Source: Anaerolineales bacterium
GTDB taxonomy: Bacteria; Chloroflexota; Anaerolineae; Anaerolineales; Villigracilaceae
Assembly (NCBI GenBank): GCA_026928255.1
Contig: JAIXKJ010000003.1
Span: forward strand, 147,833-211,832
DNA length: 64,000 nucleotides
Direction of reading: 5' to 3'
The position numbers were made by a program, and so were the translations under genes. The notes under the pieces are model-generated. The model did not search any database. It saw only the letters and a list, made by a program, of their open reading frames with translations, and had not been told where the DNA came from. This document shows positions 47,877-56,627 of this stretch, piece after piece. Within the stretch, counting starts at the first letter, position 1. Each line of letters starts with the position of its first letter.

Positions 47877-47899
47877 GGGAGAGATTATAACCAGAGATG

Positions 47900-48282
47900 A
47901 ACGGGGATGTTTGTTCGTCGCCGCAGGTTTTGGTTTGAGGGTTGTTCCCCCCGCCCACGTTCCCGCCCCCGCCTATATCACCGACCGTATGACATCCCCA
48001 GCAATAACTCCATACTCCATAGCCTCCGCCTGGAGGACCATTGCAACTGTAATATGCATAACCGCCCCCGCCAGCACATACTTGCCCGCTCTCTGAATTA
48101 TCCCTAGCCTCCTGGCACATAGAGTCATCGTAAAAGCTAAAATCTTGATTACAGCCTCCTGCTAAAACCTGCTTTTGCAGTACAAAACTCAGCCAAAATA
48201 TCAGACAGTATGACAGCAATGCAAATAATTTGTGTCTTACAGTAAACTCATTAAATTGAAGTTGGCATTGTTTCTTCATCAA
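47900..48282 (-). pseudogene. AT-rich fragment of a secreted Cys/Gly-rich protein
   Basis: Signal-like KLFALLSYCLIFWLSFVLQKQVLA, then GGC...C...C...C...CWGC...GGGG; the frame then runs out of register into the M23 gene. Confidence 0.4.
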
Positions 48283-48363
48283 TTAATGATACTCATAATG
48301 GAGCGTGAAAAGCAAGTTTTTTACTTAAGGTCATTAATGAGTTTTACTCATTTGTTAGGTCAT

Positions 48364-49479
48364 TTAATGTTGCCCTGCTAACTCTTGCAAATAATAATCC
48401 TCTACTGATTCAGTTTTACCATAAGACATTTTTTTAAATTCAACTGGATCGGTAGTGGGAGAAAATGCTAAATAAAGCTCTCCGTTTTCTCCTCTTATGG
48501 CAGTCAAAGTGCCGCCCTTCCAGCCTGTAATAAATATCGGCATAAACGGTTCACTTGCATTTCGTGGATAAGGACTAGTCCAAGTGCGTTTATCTTTAGG
48601 CGGAAAACCTATATCATAGTTATCTAACATATCCCACAAAGGTTCGCCTTCTCCTCCTATATCTATAAGTAATGGTAATAGGTCTGCACTTGCCGGATAC
48701 CACTTTGATTTATCTGCCAGTAGTTTGATGGTCGCCATTGTGTCGGGCGTTTGTATTACTTCTACAACCTCGCCCCTTCGGTTGGTGTATTCATAAGTCG
48801 TAAGCTCTATTGTTACCTCTTGCCCTTCGGCATTTTTATATGTCAGCATATTTGAGTTGAACAATTCAGAAATAGCGTCTTGCGAAAGCCAGGCGTTGGC
48901 GCTTGTGTCATAAACAATCTTGATAACGCCCTTTGCGTCGCGGAAGACGATTTTGCCTTCCTCCGCTTCGCTCGGCTCGTAATCGGCGCTGACGCGACTG
49001 GTCAGTACCTCGTCGCCGACGACCAGCGCCGCAGGGATTTGGTCTGCGGGGATTTGCGCGACTTGGTCGAGACTCTCGTAGCGCTTGACCCACGCTCCGT
49101 TTTCAAGGTCGTAGTAAACGCTGACTTCATTTCCATTTTCGTCCGCGCCTGAATATTGGACGAGCGTCCCCCAGCCTGCCTCGGCGATGACGGGTTCGCT
49201 CCATTTGACTTCTGCGCCCCGCAGGTCGGCGGGCATCTCGTCAACGGACGGCGCTTGGGCGATTTTTTGCGCCTCGTCCATTGAGTCCAACTCCGCGCGA
49301 GAAAACGACGGCAAGGGAATCTCCGTCGGCGTGGGGGAAGATTTCTCCTGCGTCGAAATGACAGGCGTTGCGGCAGGGGTTGAGACCTCCGAGTTTTCTA
49401 AAAACTCGGAGGTTTGAGTCTGCGTCGGCACGGCGCAGGCGGCGAGCATAAAGGTCAAGAGAAGGAAGATTCGTTGCAT
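48364..49479 (-). CDS. Hypothetical lipoprotein with compositionally distinct C-terminal half
   Basis: MQRIFLLLTFMLAAC lipobox, Thr/Pro linker, GGAGG RBS; A/T-rich codons from about 48900 to the stop. Confidence 0.75.
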   Translation of the reverse strand: MQRIFLLLTFMLAACAVPTQTQTSEFLENSEVSTPAATPVISTQEKSSPTPTEIPLPSFSRAELDSMDEAQKIAQAPSVDEMPADLRGAEVKWSEPVIAEAGWGTLVQYSGADENGNEVSVYYDLENGAWVKRYESLDQVAQIPADQIPAALVVGDEVLTSRVSADYEPSEAEEGKIVFRDAKGVIKIVYDTSANAWLSQDAISELFNSNMLTYKNAEGQEVTIELTTYEYTNRRGEVVEVIQTPDTMATIKLLADKSKWYPASADLLPLLIDIGGEGEPLWDMLDNYDIGFPPKDKRTWTSPYPRNASEPFMPIFITGWKGGTLTAIRGENGELYLAFSPTTDPVEFKKMSYGKTESVEDYYLQELAGQH

Positions 49480-49644
49480 GGCAGCCTCCGCATGAATTAT
49501 AGGACGAAAACGCCCCGAAGGGCTAACCGTCGGCGCGGCGCATACCACTTCGTGGCACAGGCGCGGCGAGCAAAAAGGTCAAGAGAAGGAAGATTCGTTT
49601 CATGGCAGCCTCCGCATGAATTATAGGACGAAAACGTCCCGAAG
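49439..49644. repeat. 82-bp direct repeat (49439-49520 and 49563-49644) covering -10 box, RBS and signal-peptide start
   Basis: The two copies differ at only a few positions. Confidence 0.9.
49523..49603 (-). pseudogene. Orphan lipoprotein 5' end, frameshifted at the lipobox
   Basis: MKRIFLLLTFLLAA, then a 2-nt GC insertion shifts the Cys codon (TGT) out of frame. Confidence 0.65.
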
Positions 49645-49695
49645 AAATTGCCACATGATTTATAATCTCCCCATATTTTGCAACGGAGAAACTTT

Positions 49696-50715
49696 GTGCG
49701 CTTAAAATGGATTGTATTTGCTCTGCTGTCGGCGGCGTTGATCGCCGCTTGCAGCGGAAAAGAAATTCCCGAAGTCGCGCCGCCGACGCCCGTGCCTTCC
49801 GCCACGCCGCAACCGCCGCCGACTCTCGTGCCGACTCTGTCCACGCCGCTGGCGCTGTTAATTCTGCCCGCCGACATGGATCGGGAGACATCCGACCTCT
49901 ATCAAAAAACGGTCTACGACCTCGCGCAAGCCTCTGGCTTTCGTTTTCAAGTCCGCAACGAGATTAAGCCCGAAGACCTCGCCGACCCGACCTTGAAAGT
50001 CGTCATCGCCTTGCCGCCCGACCCGGGCATCGCGTCTTTCGCGGCGAGCGCGCCAACCGTGCAATTCCTCGCTGTCAACATCCCCGACGTTGCGGCGGGC
50101 GGAAACGTCAGCGCCTTGGCGCCGAGTCAACAAGTCGAAATTCCCGCCTTTATCGCGGGCTATACGTTGGCAATGATGACCTACGAATACCGCGTCGGCA
50201 TGTTGTACCCCGCCGACGACCCCAACGCGCAAGCCGCCGTCGTCGCCTTTAATAACGGCGCGCGATATTATTGCGGATTGTGCACAGGCATTTATGTAGA
50301 CCCCGCCGGCTACCCGACGGCGCTGGGAATCCCCGCCGACGAAGACCCCGCCAAATACGGCGGCTATGCCAACATCCTCATTTCTGATAGAAAAGTGGGC
50401 GGCATGTACATTTACTCGTCGCTCGGCTCGGACGATTTTCTTTCGCTGGTCGGCGCGCAAGGCGTGTACTTAATCGGCACGACGCTGCCGCCGCACCGCC
50501 CTGGCGGTTGGCTGATGACCATCACGCCCGACACCGTCAAAGCGATTCAGAAATCTTGGACGCAACTCATCGTCGGGCAAGGCGGAATTAACGTGCAATC
50601 GCCGCTCGGCATCGAAGACGCGGACACGGGCATCCTCACCGAAGCGAAGTTGCGCCTCGTGCGCCAAGTGTTGGACGATTTGCTGACTGGGCGAATTCTG
50701 CCGTCGAATCCGTAA
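49696..50715 (+). CDS. Lipoprotein, BMP/periplasmic-binding-protein type I-like
   Basis: MRLKW...LIAAC lipobox, AFIAGYTLAMM, AFNNGARY; GGAGA RBS before GTG at 49696. Confidence 0.6.
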   Translation: MRLKWIVFALLSAALIAACSGKEIPEVAPPTPVPSATPQPPPTLVPTLSTPLALLILPADMDRETSDLYQKTVYDLAQASGFRFQVRNEIKPEDLADPTLKVVIALPPDPGIASFAASAPTVQFLAVNIPDVAAGGNVSALAPSQQVEIPAFIAGYTLAMMTYEYRVGMLYPADDPNAQAAVVAFNNGARYYCGLCTGIYVDPAGYPTALGIPADEDPAKYGGYANILISDRKVGGMYIYSSLGSDDFLSLVGAQGVYLIGTTLPPHRPGGWLMTITPDTVKAIQKSWTQLIVGQGGINVQSPLGIEDADTGILTEAKLRLVRQVLDDLLTGRILPSNP

Positions 50716-50766
50716 AAATTTCAGGTAGAATCAACGCGGAAGAAAAATCATGAAAGGGCTTTTGCC

Positions 50767-51168
50767 ATGCTAAATTTACGCTGTTTATATTGTCAGACTC
50801 CGTTCACCGTCGGACGCGCGGAGATGCTCTCCGCATTAATTTCGATGGACGCCAAAGGGCAAAATCATTACGACGCGCATTGTCCGCGTTGCCGCCGCGC
50901 CAACTCGATTTCTCGTCAGCGCATGGAACTTTTCTATCCGAACTGGCGCGAAGCGGCGAAGCAAGAGGCGAAAGCCGCCGTCGTTGCGGAAAAACCCGCG
51001 AAATTAGAAGAGACCGAACCGATAAAAAAGGCGAAGAAACCCGCCGCCAAAGCGAAGCCCGCGACGGAGAAAAAACCGTCCGCGAAGAAACCCGCCGCTG
51101 AGAAAAAAACTGCCGTCAAGAAGACGACGACGAAAACTTCAAAAACGAGCGAGACGAAAAAGAAATAA
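50767..51168 (+). CDS. Zn-ribbon (CxxC...CxxC) protein with Lys/Ala-rich tail
   Basis: CLYC, CPRC and KKAKKPAAKAKPATEKKPSAKKPAAEKK. Confidence 0.75.
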   Translation: MLNLRCLYCQTPFTVGRAEMLSALISMDAKGQNHYDAHCPRCRRANSISRQRMELFYPNWREAAKQEAKAAVVAEKPAKLEETEPIKKAKKPAAKAKPATEKKPSAKKPAAEKKTAVKKTTTKTSKTSETKKK

Positions 51169-51238
51169 GCGGACTGAACGTTTTTCCCGCAGGCGCATTT
51201 TTGCTTGCGGGATTTTTTATTTTCAAGGAGGAAACCTC

Positions 51239-51841
51239 ATGCCCATCAAAGCCGTTTTTTTTGACTACGGCGGAGTCATTCAGCGCACCGAATTTCAAGC
51301 GCCGCGTCAGCGATTAGCCGAACGCTTCGGCATAGACTATGACGACTTGGACAACATCGTCTTCAACAGCCCGTCCGCGAAGAAGGCGACCGTAGGGGAA
51401 ATTTCCTTTGAAGAGCATTGGAAGGAAATTGCGCGTCGTCTGAAAGCGGATGAAAAAGAAATCGCCGCGATAGAAGCGCAATTTTTCGCCGGCGATTTAG
51501 TGGATTGGACGATTTTGGATTATTTGCGTTCGCTGCGCCCGCGTTTTTACGTCGGCTTAATTAGCAACGCCTGGTCGGACATGCGCGATTATCTGACGCG
51601 CAAAGGAGTCGCTTCGGCGTTTGACTCTTTGACCATTTCAGCGGAAGTCGGGTCGGCGAAGCCGGAGGCGAAGATTTATCAACGGGCGTTGGAACAGGCT
51701 CAGGTTCAGGCGAGCGAGGCGCTCTTCGCGGACGACGTAGCGGCGAATATTATAGCCTGCGAAGAACTCGGAATGCGCGGAATCCATTTTGTCAATCCGC
51801 AAGCGGCGATGAATCAACTAAAAGAAATTTTGGAAAAATAA
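51239..51841 (+). CDS. HAD family phosphatase
   Basis: FFDYGGV, ISN, KPEAKIY, ADDVAANI. Confidence 0.9.
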   Translation: MPIKAVFFDYGGVIQRTEFQAPRQRLAERFGIDYDDLDNIVFNSPSAKKATVGEISFEEHWKEIARRLKADEKEIAAIEAQFFAGDLVDWTILDYLRSLRPRFYVGLISNAWSDMRDYLTRKGVASAFDSLTISAEVGSAKPEAKIYQRALEQAQVQASEALFADDVAANIIACEELGMRGIHFVNPQAAMNQLKEILEK

Positions 51842-51942
51842 GCGAAGAAAAATCCAAACAAGAGTGTAAGAAAGTTTAATTGACGCTTTATCAATTTACC
51901 ATGTATAATTTCAAACGCCCCGAAAAAGGGATTTGAGGAATT

Positions 51943-52746
51943 ATGGCTCTACGCGGTAATTTAAGAGATTTTACAATCACCCAACTTTTGAACTTGGTCA
52001 ACCTTGCCGGCAAAACGGGCACGTTGGTCATTGACGGCGTTTCGGAACAAGCCTTTGTCTCGTTCCGCGAGGGAAAGTTGGCGTATGCGCGCATCGGCAA
52101 AGACGACGGACGTTTGGCGTCCGTGTTGTATAAAGCCAGCAAACTAAACGCCAACCAATACAAAGCCATCATAGACCGCGCCGGGCAAATCTCCGATAAG
52201 GAGTTAGGCTTGGTGTTGATCAACGCGGGCTACGTTTCGCGCGAAGACATTATTTTGAATTTGCAAGCCTACTTCACGGATATGGTGCGCCGCCTCTTTA
52301 CTTGGGTGGAAGGCATCTTCCGCTTTGAAGCGGAGATGATGCCGCCCGAAGACCGCATTAACGTGCGCCTCGATTTGGAAAACATCATCATCGAAGGCTC
52401 GCGTCAACTGCGCGAGTTGGAACAGTTGCAAGACGAAATTCCCAGCCTCGACATGGCGTTGAAATTCACCGACCGCCCGCGAGACAACGTCAACTTGAGC
52501 GTGGACGAATGGAAAGTGGTCAAATTTGTAGATCCGAAAAACACCATGCGCCAAATTGCGAAGACCAACAAATTGTCGGACGTGGAAGTGCGGCGCATTG
52601 TGTACGGCTTGCTGCAAGCGGGCTTGGTCGAATTAGTCCGCCCGGCCGACATGAAACCGCAAACCGTCAAACCGCTCGCCCCCGAAGAAGTAGAAGAGAA
52701 GAAAAATCTCGTCAATAAACTGATCGGTCGCATTCGTTCGTTATAA
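51943..52746 (+). CDS. PATAN/DUF4388 domain protein with winged-helix-like C-terminus
   Basis: MALRGNLRDFTITQLLNLV...KTGTL...FREGKL; LFTWVEGIFRFE. Confidence 0.88.
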   Translation: MALRGNLRDFTITQLLNLVNLAGKTGTLVIDGVSEQAFVSFREGKLAYARIGKDDGRLASVLYKASKLNANQYKAIIDRAGQISDKELGLVLINAGYVSREDIILNLQAYFTDMVRRLFTWVEGIFRFEAEMMPPEDRINVRLDLENIIIEGSRQLRELEQLQDEIPSLDMALKFTDRPRDNVNLSVDEWKVVKFVDPKNTMRQIAKTNKLSDVEVRRIVYGLLQAGLVELVRPADMKPQTVKPLAPEEVEEKKNLVNKLIGRIRSL

Positions 52747-52780
52747 TTTTTCAGACCGAGAGGATAGAGGACTTAATATT

Positions 52781-53320
52781 ATGCAGCAAACAGTCAAAAT
52801 GGTAATTACCGGTCCGTTCAGCGCTGGCAAAACGCAATTCATTCAATCCGTCAGCGAAATTGACGTAGTCGCCACAGAACGCAAAATCTCGTCCGCCGAA
52901 GAGCGCTCCGTCAAATCGGCGACGACCGTAGCGATGGACTTCGGGCGCATCACCGTAGATCAAGATTTGACCTTATTCTTATTCGGCACGCCCGGTCAAA
53001 AGCGCTTCGACTTTATGTGGGAAATTCTCTCCGAAGGCATGTTGGGCTTCATCGTCATGGTGGACAGCACCCGCCCCGAAACCTTCCGCGAAGCGCGTTC
53101 GATTCTCGAAACCTTCCGCGCCTACGCGCCGACTCCTTTCGTCGTCGCCGCCAACAAACAAGATAAAGAAGACGCCTGGGATTTAGAAGACATGGGACAC
53201 GCCCTGCGCCTCGACAAAAGCACAAAACTTCTGCCTTGCGTGGCGGTAGATCGAAACTCCGTAAAAACAGTTTTGCTTGAATTGCTGTACAGCATTATGA
53301 GCGAGATGGAAGAAAAATAA
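52781..53320 (+). CDS. Small Ras-like GTPase, MglA/CvnD type
   Basis: G1 GPFSAGKT, G2 TTVAMDFG, G3 GTPGQ.RF, G4 NKQD. Confidence 0.9.
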   Translation: MQQTVKMVITGPFSAGKTQFIQSVSEIDVVATERKISSAEERSVKSATTVAMDFGRITVDQDLTLFLFGTPGQKRFDFMWEILSEGMLGFIVMVDSTRPETFREARSILETFRAYAPTPFVVAANKQDKEDAWDLEDMGHALRLDKSTKLLPCVAVDRNSVKTVLLELLYSIMSEMEEK

Positions 53321-53342
53321 AAAAAACTGACAGCGACGCGCC

Positions 53343-54128
53343 GTGTCTTCAATAACAACCGATCAAGGGATAGTCCACTACGAGGTTTTTGGGCGGGGAA
53401 AACCCGTCATCCTTTTGCACGGCTATCAAGGGTCGTGGGGGTTGTGGCAAGAGACGATGGCCTATTTAGGCTCGTATTACCGCACCTACGCGCTGGACTT
53501 TTGGGGCTTTGGCGAATCGGGCACGAAGCGCTCCACCTACGCCGTAAAAGACTTCGTCAGTTTAGTTTATCAATTTATGGAACAGTTGGGCATCGTCCGC
53601 GCCCCGCTGGTGGGACACAGCATGGGCGGCACCGTCAGCCTGATGACCGCCATCGAACACCCCGACAGAATCCAAAAAGTCGTCGTCATCGGCTCGCCGA
53701 TAGCGGGTTCGTCGCTTTACTTCTTCCCGCGCGTTTTCGGCTACAAAACCTTCGGCTGGCTGACCTATCACAACCTGTGGATTTATAAAGGCTTTTACCG
53801 CATCCTTTCGCCGTTTTATTCAAAAGATCAACATTGGGCGGAGATGATGGATCGCGACGTTTCGCGCACCTCGCTCGAAGCCTTCTTTTCCAGCATCGGC
53901 TCGCTGCGTCAAACCGATTTGCGCCCCGACTTGCATAAAATTCATGCGCCCGTTTTGGGCATGTACGGCGACAAAGATATTGTCGTCAATCACAACCAAT
54001 GGCGTCCGCTGTTGAACGGCGCGCCGAAAGCGCAAATCGAGCGCTTTCACACGGCGGGGCATTTCATCATGCTCGACGAGCCTGTCATGTTCAATCAAAA
54101 ATTGAAGAGTTTTCTCGACCAAAAATAA
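53343..54128 (+). CDS. Alpha/beta hydrolase
   Basis: LLHG, GHSMGG nucleophile elbow, GDKD, AGH triad. Confidence 0.92.
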   Translation: MSSITTDQGIVHYEVFGRGKPVILLHGYQGSWGLWQETMAYLGSYYRTYALDFWGFGESGTKRSTYAVKDFVSLVYQFMEQLGIVRAPLVGHSMGGTVSLMTAIEHPDRIQKVVVIGSPIAGSSLYFFPRVFGYKTFGWLTYHNLWIYKGFYRILSPFYSKDQHWAEMMDRDVSRTSLEAFFSSIGSLRQTDLRPDLHKIHAPVLGMYGDKDIVVNHNQWRPLLNGAPKAQIERFHTAGHFIMLDEPVMFNQKLKSFLDQK

Positions 54129-54200
54129 ACGTCGCAAGTTGCAATTATTTCGTTGTTTAAGAGGCGCGTCGAAAGGCGCGCTTTGATTTATAATTCGCCT

Positions 54201-55478
54201 ATGCTTAAGATTATCCTCCACGCGCCGACCCCGATTATGCCGTTCTGCGAGCCGGCGCGCGAGCTTCGCATTCAAAACACGCCGCTTTGGCTGCATCAGC
54301 GCGATATGCTCGCGCCGTATGCAACGCGCGAAATGGAGTTGAAAAAAGACGACCGCTTGCAACCCGTCCGCGAGCCGACCATCGTTTATCGCGACAACTT
54401 ATATTTTGACGAACCCTTCATCGAATACTTTATGAAAGAAGCGATTCGCAAAAATCGTCCGGTGCGGGCGGCGTTTCGCGCCGACGACCCCGCCTTCCGC
54501 GAACACGCTTTCCCGCTGTCCAATTCGTACACGCCCGCTGGAAGTTTGTACCTTGCCGATCTTTGGTATTACCCCAACGGTCCGGTGGCGGGCGTCGAGC
54601 CGCTGGTGGTGGACATGCAAGCCAAAGAAATTGGCTACTATCACGTCCCGACCTACATGGCAGACCAAAGCGGCGACCTCGTCTTCCAAGTTCCGCTGCG
54701 CTCGATGATCGCCATTGACTCGTGGGTGCATATCTTCATCGCGGATATGGTCTTCGGGCAATTTGGGCGCGGCGCGCGCTACGAAAAACGCGCCAACGAA
54801 GAACTGGCTTTCAAACTGAAAATTCTCGGCAAAGCCGTTTTTGAAGGGCGACAAGTGCTGGAATGTTCCGAAGTGGTTATCGTCGGCGAGAACTGCGTTA
54901 TTGACCCCAGCGCCATCATTAAGGGACCGACCATTATCGGCAATAACGTAACCGTCAACGCGGGCGCGGTGATTGACAACAGTTACATCGGCAACAACGT
55001 CAACATTGGGCAGGGGGCGCAGGTGATGTTGTCCGTCGTCGGCGACGGCGCTTTTTTGCCCTTCCGCGCCGCGCTGTTTATGACGACCATGATGGAAAAC
55101 AGCATGTTGGCGCAAAACACTTGCTTGCAGATGTGCGTCATCGGGCGCAACACGTTTCTCGGCGCCGGTTCGACGTGGACGGATTACAACCTGATTCCCG
55201 CGCCCATCCGCGCCCGAGACGGCAACGGCGAATTGAAAATTTCTAATCGCCCGGTCTTGGGCGGCGCGGTGGGGCATAACTGTCGCATCGGCGCGGGGAT
55301 GATTATTTACCCCGCGCGGACGATTGAGTCGGACGTCGTGCTTGCCGCGTCGGACAAACGCCGCGTCATTGACCGCGACGTTACCTTCGACCAAAGCGAC
55401 CATCATAAATTGAAATCTTCGGAGATGCACCAAACGCCTTACCATCGAACGAAAAAAGCCGTCGTCGAGTCATGGTAA
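54201..55478 (+). CDS. Left-handed beta-helix (hexapeptide repeat) protein with degenerate nucleotidyltransferase-like N-terminus
   Basis: VIVGENCVIDPSAIIKGPTIIGNNVTVNAGAVI, IGRNTFLGAG, VGHNCRIGAG; ATG lies 6 nt after TATAAT. Confidence 0.75.
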   Translation: MLKIILHAPTPIMPFCEPARELRIQNTPLWLHQRDMLAPYATREMELKKDDRLQPVREPTIVYRDNLYFDEPFIEYFMKEAIRKNRPVRAAFRADDPAFREHAFPLSNSYTPAGSLYLADLWYYPNGPVAGVEPLVVDMQAKEIGYYHVPTYMADQSGDLVFQVPLRSMIAIDSWVHIFIADMVFGQFGRGARYEKRANEELAFKLKILGKAVFEGRQVLECSEVVIVGENCVIDPSAIIKGPTIIGNNVTVNAGAVIDNSYIGNNVNIGQGAQVMLSVVGDGAFLPFRAALFMTTMMENSMLAQNTCLQMCVIGRNTFLGAGSTWTDYNLIPAPIRARDGNGELKISNRPVLGGAVGHNCRIGAGMIIYPARTIESDVVLAASDKRRVIDRDVTFDQSDHHKLKSSEMHQTPYHRTKKAVVESW

Positions 55479-56561
55479 ATGGACAGTTTCGCTTTCATCA
55501 TCCACCCGATAGACCCCAAGCGCGACGTCAGCCGAAAATTTCCGCTGTTGGGAAAAATCCTCAGCGAAAAGCAAATTGATTTTTTTTCGACGTTTTTTCC
55601 GCCCGTTTATATTTCGGAAATCGAGGGCATCGTCTCCGAAGCGACGGGAAAAGAAATTAAAGGCTGGTTCCTTGCATGTCCGTACACTCCAAGACGCATG
55701 ATGCAGTTGCCTGAGCGCGTAGTCTATCGTAAAATTATAGAGACGGGTCGCGCCGCAGAAAAACTAGGCGCGGACATTCTTGGTTTGGGCGCGTTCACCT
55801 CTGTCGTGGGGGACGCGGGCATAACCATCGCCGAAGCGCTAGACATCCCCGTTACGACGGGCGACTCGTACACGGTGATGATGGCGGTGCAAGCCGTCCG
55901 CGAGGCGGCGCGAACTATGGACATTAAAATGGACGAAGCGACGATTGCCGTCGTCGGCGCGACGGGCGCGATTGGGCGAGTCTGCGCCGAGTTGTTGGTC
56001 GAAGAAGCGGCGCGAGTCATTCTCATCGCTCGGGACGAGAAAAAACTCGACGAATTGCAGAATCGGCTCAAAGTCGGGGCGCGAAGCGAAGTTGCGACGA
56101 GCGTCAAGATGGACGTTTTGAAAGAAGCGCAATTAATTCTGACCGTTACCAGCGCCATCCACGACGTGATTCAGCCCGAAGTGTTGCAAGCGGGCAGCGT
56201 CGTCTGCGACGTGGCGCGCCCCCGCGACGTTTCTGCAATGGTCGCCGCGGCGAGAGATGATATATTAGTGATTGACGGCGGCATGGTGGACGTGCCAGGG
56301 CGCGCGGATTTTCACTTCAATTTCGGCTTTCCCGAAGGCAAAGCCTACGCCTGCATGGCGGAGACGATTGCCCTTGCGCTGGAAGGTCGCTTTGAAGATT
56401 ACACCGTCGGCAGAAACATCGCGTTGAGCCGCGCGCGCGAAATTGCGGCGATTGCCGAAAAACACGGCTTTCGCATGAGCGGCTTCCGCTCGTTTGAGCG
56501 CGAAGTAACGGAAGAACAAATCGAAACTGTACGCCGCAATGCGCGTCGCAAGCGCGCATAA
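55479..56561 (+). CDS. Long-chain acyl-ACP reductase-like / shikimate-dehydrogenase-fold oxidoreductase (COG5322-like)
   Basis: LGLGAFTS, VTTGDSYT, VVGATGAIG, DVARP, IDGG, AYACMAE, KHGF parallel cyanobacterial AAR motifs. Confidence 0.75.
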   Translation: MDSFAFIIHPIDPKRDVSRKFPLLGKILSEKQIDFFSTFFPPVYISEIEGIVSEATGKEIKGWFLACPYTPRRMMQLPERVVYRKIIETGRAAEKLGADILGLGAFTSVVGDAGITIAEALDIPVTTGDSYTVMMAVQAVREAARTMDIKMDEATIAVVGATGAIGRVCAELLVEEAARVILIARDEKKLDELQNRLKVGARSEVATSVKMDVLKEAQLILTVTSAIHDVIQPEVLQAGSVVCDVARPRDVSAMVAAARDDILVIDGGMVDVPGRADFHFNFGFPEGKAYACMAETIALALEGRFEDYTVGRNIALSRAREIAAIAEKHGFRMSGFRSFEREVTEEQIETVRRNARRKRA

Positions 56562-56627
56562 AGCGGTAAAATAAGAAGCGGAACAAAAAATGCCGTTCTT
56601 TGGAAAGAAAAACGGCAGGAGGCTTAA

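Noticed and set aside
47290-47900. C-terminal part of the 330-aa ORF 47290-48282
   Set aside because: It overlaps the M23 gene out of frame and reads as Arg-rich shadow sequence.
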